From contig CAID01000011.2 of the NCBI GenBank assembly GCA_000214015.2, positions 253,719 to 285,718 of the forward strand: a stretch of DNA of 32,000 nucleotides, written 5' to 3'. The stretch comes from Ostreococcus tauri (taxonomy: Eukaryota). This document shows positions 17,621 to 23,908 of this stretch, in pieces. Position 1 is the first letter of the stretch, and every line of letters begins with the position of its first letter. The notes under the pieces were generated by a model that worked only from the letters and a program-made list of their open reading frames with translations, did not search any database and was not told the origin of the DNA. The position numbers were made by a program, and so were the translations under genes.

Positions 17621-19042
17621 CTACTTCGGTCCGTCGGGTTCGCCGAGATCGGTAAATTTTGGAGCCGTCGCCGAGTTGGATCGCTCGCCCTCCTTTGGGA
17701 CGTCCATGACGTCGTCGAAGATTTCGAGCGCGTTCAAGAACGCCTGGTCCATGTTGAAGTACTTGTACGACGCGAGACGGCCGACGAAGACGACGCCCGG
17801 TTCTTTCGATGCCATCTCGCGGTACTTTTCGTACAATTCGCGATTCGCCGGGTTGGGCACGGGGTAATACGGCTCACCGTGATCGCACGAGTACTCTCTG
17901 AAGATGACGGTCCCTCTGTGCTCGCGCGCCGCGCGCGGCTGGTTCGGCTTATGCTTGTACTCGACGATTCGCGTGTGCTCGACCTCGGGACCGGGATAGT
18001 TGAGCTGTAAACACGGCTGGTAAAAGAACGGTTCGTCGTTCTTCGTGTCCTCATCTCCGGCGCCCTCGTGGTACTCCTCGAAGAAGCGCAGAGACCTGTA
18101 CTCGAGTTTCGGTAACCCCTGGGACGCGTAATACGCGTCGATGGGTCCCGTGAAGACGACGAATTTCCGAGCCATCTTTTGTAACACATCCTTGTTCTCG
18201 AAGAAATCGACGTTTAAGCGCACGAGGATGTTTGGATCGCCCATGATCATGTTCTCGAAGATTCTCGTGTAGCCGTCGCGAGGTAACGCTTGGTGTTCGT
18301 CGCTAAAGTACCGATCGTCCGTGTTCTCTCGCACTGGAATCCGCGCCAAGACGCTCGCGTCCAATTCCTCCGGATACTTATCCCACTGTTTCTTCGTGTA
18401 ATACTTAAAAATCGCCTCGTAGAGCTCGGGACCGGCTCTGGTCAACGCGCTCTCCTCGCCGTTTTTCGGTTCGTCATTCTTCGTTCGCCTGGCGTCGAGC
18501 CACGCGCGCGCGTCTTCGTCCGAGGTCAGATTCGCCTCGGGATACAACGCGTTGATCGTATCCCTATTCGGCGGCACGGGAACGACCCTATATCTCTTCC
18601 CACCGTGTTCGTACTCCCCATCTTCCCGCTCGATCGCCGCCTTGACCCGGTGTTCGTACGCCATCCACGCGCTGAAGCGATTGACGTACTCCCACACCCG
18701 CGCGTGTTTCGTGTGAAACAGATGCACGCCGTACTGCGACACCCTGAACCCCTTGGCGTTGATAAAATCATAACAATTCCCACCGATGTGATCCCGTTTA
18801 TCCACCACGAGCGATCGCAGACCCAGTTCCCTGGACGCGCGCTCGGCGAACACGCATCCACTGATGCCGGCACCGACGATGACGAGATCCACGTCCTCGC
18901 ACCGCGCGTCGAGTCCGGCGAACCACGAGGGGTCGTGATCGTTCCCTCGGCGGCACGACACGTCCACGCCCGCCCACTCGTCGCCGTCGAGCGCGCGCGG
19001 CATCGTCGTCGCGTCGCGCGGTCGCGATCGTTCATCGTCCAT
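17621..19042 (-). CDS. glf: UDP-galactopyranose mutase, bacterial Glf type
   Basis: DLVIVGAGISGCVFA, VVDKRDHIGGNCYD, YGVHLFHT, YTKKQWDKYPEELDASVLARIPVR, RYFSDEHQALPRDGYT, LEYRSLRF, TRIVEYKH, GEPYYPVPN, VVFVGRLASYKYFNMDQA are collinear with E. coli Glf. The start is set at ATG 19042 (alternative 19003), because the longer ORF extension is antisense to the conserved TLDc gene. Confidence 0.85.
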   Translation of the reverse strand: MDDERSRPRDATTMPRALDGDEWAGVDVSCRRGNDHDPSWFAGLDARCEDVDLVIVGAGISGCVFAERASRELGLRSLVVDKRDHIGGNCYDFINAKGFRVSQYGVHLFHTKHARVWEYVNRFSAWMAYEHRVKAAIEREDGEYEHGGKRYRVVPVPPNRDTINALYPEANLTSDEDARAWLDARRTKNDEPKNGEESALTRAGPELYEAIFKYYTKKQWDKYPEELDASVLARIPVRENTDDRYFSDEHQALPRDGYTRIFENMIMGDPNILVRLNVDFFENKDVLQKMARKFVVFTGPIDAYYASQGLPKLEYRSLRFFEEYHEGAGDEDTKNDEPFFYQPCLQLNYPGPEVEHTRIVEYKHKPNQPRAAREHRGTVIFREYSCDHGEPYYPVPNPANRELYEKYREMASKEPGVVFVGRLASYKYFNMDQAFLNALEIFDDVMDVPKEGERSNSATAPKFTDLGEPDGPK

Positions 19043-19223
19043 CGTCCATTCGCCATCGATGATCGATCGCGCCGCCTTTCGATCGCACCGATCGCGCCTT
19101 TCGATCGCCCCGATCGCGCCTTTCGATGACGCGCCCGAAGCGTCGCGGTCGCCAGACCGCGACCGCGCGCGCCGACGCCGACGCCGCGCGCGCGCGGTCG
19201 CGGCGACGCGCGCGGTGACGAGG
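19043..19223. promoter_or_regulatory. Divergent intergenic region between the UGM and TLDc genes
   Basis: Inferred from opposing start codons 181 bp apart. Filled with short tandem repeats. Confidence 0.5.
19061..19128. repeat. About 3 copies of the 22-bp unit GATCGCNCCGATCGCGCCTTTC
   Basis: Read directly: gatcgatcgcgccgcctttc / gatcgcaccgatcgcgcctttc / gatcgccccgatcgcgcctttc / gatg... Confidence 0.8.
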
Positions 19224-20060
19224 ATGGGGGCGTCGACGTCGAGAGACGCGACGGACGCTCGACGGGACGGCGACGAGGACGAGGACGAGGCCACGGCGAC
19301 GGACGCCCCGGGACGGGCCGACGTGCGATTGATCGCGGACGAGGGTGATTCGCCGTCGGCGGTGACGTCGTCGTCGTCGCGGCCGTCGAGACTGACGCTT
19401 GATTTGGCGCGCGTCGTGCGCGAGGCGCTGTCGACGTCGAGCGCGCGCGGCGAGCGCGCGTGGACGCGTTTGTTTGATTCCGACGCGCACGGAATGAGCT
19501 TTCGCGGTGGAATCATCGAGCGATGCGCAGAACGAGGACGTTTGCTCATCGTCGTGCAGCCGCGATGGGGGGAGGGCGAGGGCGGAGATGGGGACGAGGT
19601 TTTCGTCGCGCACGCGTCGCCGGGATTGTCAAAGATGCCGCGGGACGATTTTTACGGCGACGTCTCGACGCGCACGTGGCGGTATCGCCCGGGCGGCGCG
19701 CTCGAAGAAACGTCGGGGTCGAGCGAACGCCCGATTTATTGCGCGCACGGGTTCCACCCACACGCAAACATCCCGTGCGGACTTGGATTTTTCGGCCGCG
19801 TCGGACGACACACCGTGTGGTTGGACGAGCGACTCGAGAGCGCGCACGTGGAGTACGGCGCCAGGCGATTCGCGATCGAGCGCGTGGAGATTTGGGGAGT
19901 CGATCGAGACGAGGTGCTGAAGAAGCGTACTGAAATGGACGAGAAATCGAGATTGAGAGTCGACGAGAAACGCGGTATCGACGAGAAACGCGCCGACGCG
20001 CGGTTCATGACCCAGTTCACCTCGGCAGCCGCGCGCGCGACGGATTTGGGGAGTCGATGA
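19224..20060 (+). CDS. TLDc-domain protein (OXR1/NCOA7-like fold) with a candidate N-myristoylation start MGASTS
   Basis: WTRLFDSDAHGMSF, LLIVVQ..EVFVAHAS, DFYGD, CGLGFFGR..HTVWLDERLESAHV, FAIERVEIWGV follow the TLDc pattern. The start is chosen at MGASTS (19224), outside the UGM gene. Confidence 0.7.
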   Translation: MGASTSRDATDARRDGDEDEDEATATDAPGRADVRLIADEGDSPSAVTSSSSRPSRLTLDLARVVREALSTSSARGERAWTRLFDSDAHGMSFRGGIIERCAERGRLLIVVQPRWGEGEGGDGDEVFVAHASPGLSKMPRDDFYGDVSTRTWRYRPGGALEETSGSSERPIYCAHGFHPHANIPCGLGFFGRVGRHTVWLDERLESAHVEYGARRFAIERVEIWGVDRDEVLKKRTEMDEKSRLRVDEKRGIDEKRADARFMTQFTSAAARATDLGSR

Positions 20061-20112
20061 GAGACGTGCTTGTAATTCTATCCCGTCCGCGCCCCGCGGT
20101 CGTACCCGCCTC

Positions 20113-20181
20113 ACCCTAAACCCTAAACTTCGAACCCAATTCCCCTAGAATTAGGGTCTAGAACACAAAATACCCTAAAAG
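20113..20181. repeat. Interstitial plant-type telomere-like repeats (CCCTAAA)
   Basis: Two perfect copies in accctaaaccctaaac. Then the inverted pair ccctagaattaggg (20143-20156), then taccctaaaag (20171-20181). Confidence 0.75.
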
Positions 20182-20251
20182 TCGAGGAACGCCACCGGCG
20201 AGCGGCACACCCCGCCGCGATGCGTCCGGTGGCGACGCGTCGCGGCGGGGG

Positions 20252-20309
20252 GCGACGCGATGCGGACGCGAAAAAAAAAAAAAAAAAAACGCGACGCGAT
20301 GCGGACGCG
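20252..20309. repeat. A19 tract flanked by a perfect 19-bp direct repeat GCGACGCGATGCGGACGCG
   Basis: Read directly: copy 1 at 20252-20270, A19 at 20271-20289, a single C, copy 2 at 20291-20309. Confidence 0.9.
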
Positions 20310-20766
20310 CGCGACGCGACGCCTGCGACGACGACGACGCGTCGTCGCGTCGGCACTCGGCGCGCGCGCGATTTCGAATTGGAATCGCGCGCGACGGCGG
20401 CGCGCGAATTCGACTCGAACGCGAACGTTCCGTGCGCGCGCGCGCGACGACATCGACGAGGGAATAAAGGTACGTCTCGTTCGCGGACGATGCGCGGCGC
20501 GACGCGGAGTCGCGGCGCGGAGAGGGGGCGATCGGTCGAGATCGCATCGCGCGCGCGCTGTTCCCCGGTGGCGCGTGCATCGCGCCGCCGGGGAGCGCGC
20601 GAGCGCGCGATGACGACGGGCGCGCGCGCAAGGATGCGTCGATTTGTTTCACGTCGCGGTGCGCGCGCGCGGGCGACGGCGTCGACGACGGTGACGCGTT
20701 CGTTCGATGCGCGCCGATGGCGGATTAATAACTAACTGTCCGCCGTGGACGCGCAGGACTGGAGCA

Positions 20767-22476
20767 ATGCCGCGGGGATACCGCGGTGGATACGGCTACG
20801 CATTCGCGGGGTTGGGGAAGCGAAACCGTGAGGCATTCGTGGAAGCGTCATCTGCTGCTAACGCACGTGTTGGTTGGCCAGTCGGGGGTCGCGGTGGCGC
20901 GGATGCCAAAGCTAAAGCCAAAGCCGAGGCGGACGCCGAGTCGGATGCGGCGAACGCGCGCGTCGCGTTCGCGGCGGGGGCGACACGCGTCGCTCTCGGC
21001 GACGTCACGAACGCCGCGAGGCGAGACGAGGCGGCGCCGAAGGCGGCGAGCGGAGTCGGATTGGAGGCGCCGGTGGAGAACGACGCGCCCAAAGATACCG
21101 CTGGTGGTGTCGCGACGGCGACGACGCTCGCGTTGAAATACGTCACACGCGCCGCCGGGGACGGACTCGGAGGAGCACCGGTCGTCAGCTTGGAGGTGTT
21201 TAATGCCGAATTGTGCGCCAAGACCATGAACAATGAGACGGTGCGCGGCGTGGATTTCAAGAGCATCATCTCAGACATTTACTCGCGCGTCTCACCGAGC
21301 GCGTGCGCGCGGGACAGGTTCGCGCGTTGGCTCGCGAGAGGAGCGCCATTGTTCGCGGCGACGGGGCTGCCGAAGGTCGACATGATGGATGATGAAGCGT
21401 GTCGCCAACGTGCATTTCGACGTACCACCAGTTCAACAAACGCACAGTGGTCCTCCCCGCTCAACGCGGCGGAGTCAACGTATGCGTGTCAAAATCTTAA
21501 CGCGGTTCGCGTCGCGGCGATGGCGCTGAAAGCGAGCGAATTCGAGTTGCGTCAGGCTTTGGAAAAGGTCGAGACGGCCACGGGATCGATGGCGCGATAT
21601 CTGAACGTACGCGGGTGCTATCACTACAGAATTCGCACCGACGACGGACTCGTGTTCGCGTACGTCGGGGAAAGTGTCGATGTAGAGCGACGAATCAACG
21701 AGCACTTGACGGCGCTGCTCGGCGACGGGCGCGCGAACAATATTCAGCGAGGACACGCACTCGTTCGACGAGCCCAAAAGGGCGACGACGACCATGCTGA
21801 TGCTGATTTTCAATGCAGTGTGTGGGTCATTCACGGACACGACGAAGCGAGCGCGGTCGAGTTGGCGAAGACGTACGTGAAAACGTGCGCGTCGACGCCG
21901 TCGATTTTGGAAGTCGCGCGCGCGATTGCGAGCGCCGGATTCTTCGTCGAAGCGGTATTCACCGCGCACTACGGGACCTTGCACGAGCACACCGCGGACG
22001 GCGTCGTCGGAATGAACTTTTCTCAGCCCGGTGTGTGCCATCCCAGAGGGGTCACCCGCGAGTATACGTGGAACGAGATCAGAGAGACATTCGGAAAGAA
22101 GACGCGATGTACGAAGACTTTGCCGGCGTTCACGTGCGGACGGTGCGACAGAGATTTTCCGCACGGAAAGTCGCGAAGTCACTCCCACGGAGACGGCCAT
22201 GGACGCGTGTGCAACGCTTGCTACAAAATCGCTTTGTATGCAAAGAAGCCGCAGTTTCAGTGCCTTGAGTGCGACAGAGAGATGCAAGGGAAACGAAGTT
22301 ACCGCGGAGACGGCGATGGACGCGTGTGCGCAAGATGCTACCAAATCACTTTACTCGCAAAGCAACCACCGTTCACGTGCGCGCTATGCTCGCATGCGGT
22401 TTCTCGAGGGAAGCGGAGTTACCGCGACAGAGTCAGCGGTGGACGCGTGTGCGACACTTGCTACAGGAAACGATAA
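20767..22476 (+). CDS. GIY-YIG nuclease-domain protein with N-terminal D-box-like motif and three C-terminal zinc-ribbon repeats
   Basis: YHYRIRTDDGLVFAYVGESVDVERRINEH aligns with I-TevI GIYQIKNTLNNKVYVGSAKDFEKRWKRH (YVG, D, E, R and H conserved). Three CxxC-x(15-20)-CxxC units lie at the C-terminus. The start is at MPRGY (alternative ATG 20707). Confidence 0.6.
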   Translation: MPRGYRGGYGYAFAGLGKRNREAFVEASSAANARVGWPVGGRGGADAKAKAKAEADAESDAANARVAFAAGATRVALGDVTNAARRDEAAPKAASGVGLEAPVENDAPKDTAGGVATATTLALKYVTRAAGDGLGGAPVVSLEVFNAELCAKTMNNETVRGVDFKSIISDIYSRVSPSACARDRFARWLARGAPLFAATGLPKVDMMDDEACRQRAFRRTTSSTNAQWSSPLNAAESTYACQNLNAVRVAAMALKASEFELRQALEKVETATGSMARYLNVRGCYHYRIRTDDGLVFAYVGESVDVERRINEHLTALLGDGRANNIQRGHALVRRAQKGDDDHADADFQCSVWVIHGHDEASAVELAKTYVKTCASTPSILEVARAIASAGFFVEAVFTAHYGTLHEHTADGVVGMNFSQPGVCHPRGVTREYTWNEIRETFGKKTRCTKTLPAFTCGRCDRDFPHGKSRSHSHGDGHGRVCNACYKIALYAKKPQFQCLECDREMQGKRSYRGDGDGRVCARCYQITLLAKQPPFTCALCSHAVSRGKRSYRDRVSGGRVCDTCYRKR

Positions 22477-22484
22477 CTTTTGTA

Positions 22485-23021
22485 ATGGGTTTTTTATCGG
22501 TGAAGAACTGTGTTCAAAAGAGTATCGACAAGGTGCGACTCGATGCTGAGCACGACGTCCAACGCGTCATCGCGACACGTGACAACTACGACGTGTACCA
22601 GGTCATCGAGGCGGCGGACGCGCGCATGTCCACACCAGGCTTGAGAACAAACCACGTGAACGCACTTGAACGAACGTGCACCTGCCACGGGCGAGCGATA
22701 CATGGATATGCATGCATGCATGAATACGCCGTGTACCTCCACGTTCGAGATGACGATGAACTTTCGCACCACTTGGGCATGACCGACTTCCTCGCGTGGG
22801 CCGCTCAACCATGCATGCACGCGGAGACGTTCATAGAAGCCGTTAATAACGCGTTCGTGTATCTTCCGCCAGCAACAGAAGGTACACTGGATGAAACGAG
22901 GCGACCCCCGGGTCCGGGTCAAAGCGCAACCCGGCGTGCGCGCGCGCGGCCGCGTCGGCGCATCTCCAGCCTTGGACCCGGAGGAGCGCGCACGATCACC
23001 ACTCGCTCTCAGCGCCACTAA
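22485..23021 (+). CDS. SWIM zinc-finger module resembling the C-terminus of Mutator-like (MULE/FAR1) transposases; may be a fragment or part of the upstream gene
   Basis: NALERTCTCHGRAIHGYACMHEYAVYL is CxC-x9-CxH. It is followed by CMHAETFIEAVNNAFVYLPP, which resembles the post-SWIM tail of MuDR-type transposases. The ATG lies 8 nt after the upstream stop, and the frame is open from 22269. Confidence 0.45.
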   Translation: MGFLSVKNCVQKSIDKVRLDAEHDVQRVIATRDNYDVYQVIEAADARMSTPGLRTNHVNALERTCTCHGRAIHGYACMHEYAVYLHVRDDDELSHHLGMTDFLAWAAQPCMHAETFIEAVNNAFVYLPPATEGTLDETRRPPGPGQSATRRARARPRRRISSLGPGGARTITTRSQRH

Positions 23022-23412
23022 CAGACACCGCCGACGACACGCGACATGTAACACCACCGAGCATCACGTCCTGTGCGTCTTCACGTCGTTTCTCGCGCGC
23101 GTCGACGCGTTCTGGCGATCTGTACGCGTGGGAGCTCTACAAGTGCGAGCACATCCAAGAAAGTCCACACATCCCCTGAAATCATCCAAAAATTCCATCG
23201 ATGATCCGCGCGCGATGGTGCCATGTTCCTGTGCGGTACCATGTATAATCATCACGACGTAGGTACAGTCATTCCCTAGCGAACAGTATTCATGTGCTCC
23301 CCTTTCAGACGTCATTGCGGTGAGTACACGGTACTTCGAATACTATGCGATGCAAAGCGGTGGTCCCAATATCAGCACCTGGTTGGTCTTCCCAAATTTT
23401 CTTGATGGGCTT

Positions 23413-23419
23413 AAAAAAA
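23413..23419 (-). terminator. Pol III T-run terminator (T7 on minus strand) after tRNA-Glu
   Basis: aaaaaaa on the plus strand, about 20 nt downstream of the tRNA 3' end. Confidence 0.7.
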
Positions 23420-23439
23420 TGAATCTATTGATTCCGATC

Positions 23440-23512
23440 TTTCCTCGCCGGGACTCGAACCCGAGTCTCTAGGGTGAAAGCCTAGCGTGATAACCATCTA
23501 CACTACGAAGAA
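23440..23512 (-). tRNA. tRNA-Glu (anticodon TTC)
   Basis: The reverse complement TTCTTCGTAGTGTAGATGGTTATCACGCTAGGCTTTCACCCTAGAGACTCGGGTTCGAGTCCCGGCGAGGAAA folds as a cloverleaf. Acceptor TTCTTCG/CGAGGAA, anticodon arm CTAGG-CTTTCAC-CCTAG, T arm TCGGG-TTCGAGT-CCCGG. No encoded CCA. Confidence 0.9.
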
Positions 23513-23908
23513 CCGCCCGAGTGGATGACTCGCGGCGATTCAGTTCTTCGTTTTTCAGCAATCTCCGATCGCACGATGTATTCCGTGCGCTAGTAGAGAG
23601 GACCCGACGGGGTGATCCGTCGGGGTGTTTGATCGAGGACATGCCTCGATAGTACGACATCGACGGAATCGTGTGCGGGCGAATTCGAGCATGAAGTATA
23701 CGATTCACTTACGGGTGTGAGATACACACGATGAGGGTATGTTTTTGGGTTCATGAATCGATGAGATACGTTGATTAATATATACGCGACGCCACCACCT
23801 GTTGTGGTGTTGGGCACATCGAGGGCGCACACGACGACGCGTCGGAGGGACACCGCGCCGTGTCCTCGGTCGCCGAAAGTCGGTCGATCGCCGAAAGTCG
23901 TATGCGCC

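Noticed and set aside
19043-19549. N-terminal extension of the UGM ORF (the 642-aa version).
   Set aside because: It is antisense to the conserved start of the TLDc domain (WTRLFDSDAHGMSF) and low-complexity. Bacterial-type Glf proteins begin right at the GxGxxG motif.
20158-20735. R-rich ORFs of 92-171 aa on both strands of the 700-bp spacer.
   Set aside because: They are mutually overlapping, consist almost entirely of Arg/Ala/Asp from CG repeats, and include the poly-K/poly-F translation of the A19 tract.
22288-22294. GGGAAAC as a -1 frameshift slippery heptamer in the ORF overlap.
   Set aside because: In the upstream frame it is read GGG AAA C, not the required X XXY YYZ phase.
21475-22344. 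289-aa antisense ORF inside the GIY-YIG gene.
   Set aside because: It has no recognisable motif, while the sense strand carries the GIY-YIG and zinc-ribbon signatures.
21100-22560. The GIY-YIG/SWIM genes as a low-GC compositional island indicating recent foreign origin.
   Set aside because: Spot counts gave 30/60 GC at 21181-21240 and at 22501-22560. Conserved housekeeping genes give the same values: DGD1 at 8941-9000 is 30/60 and CYP51 at 5401-5460 is 32/60. Only low-complexity and intergenic DNA reaches about 75 percent, so composition does not discriminate. A proper sliding-window and codon-usage analysis is needed.
23540-23660. Faint resemblance to 5S rRNA segments (CTCCGA, AGTAG, GGGTGATC).
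   Set aside because: There is no collinear match to the conserved 5S core, and an internal T5 run would terminate Pol III.
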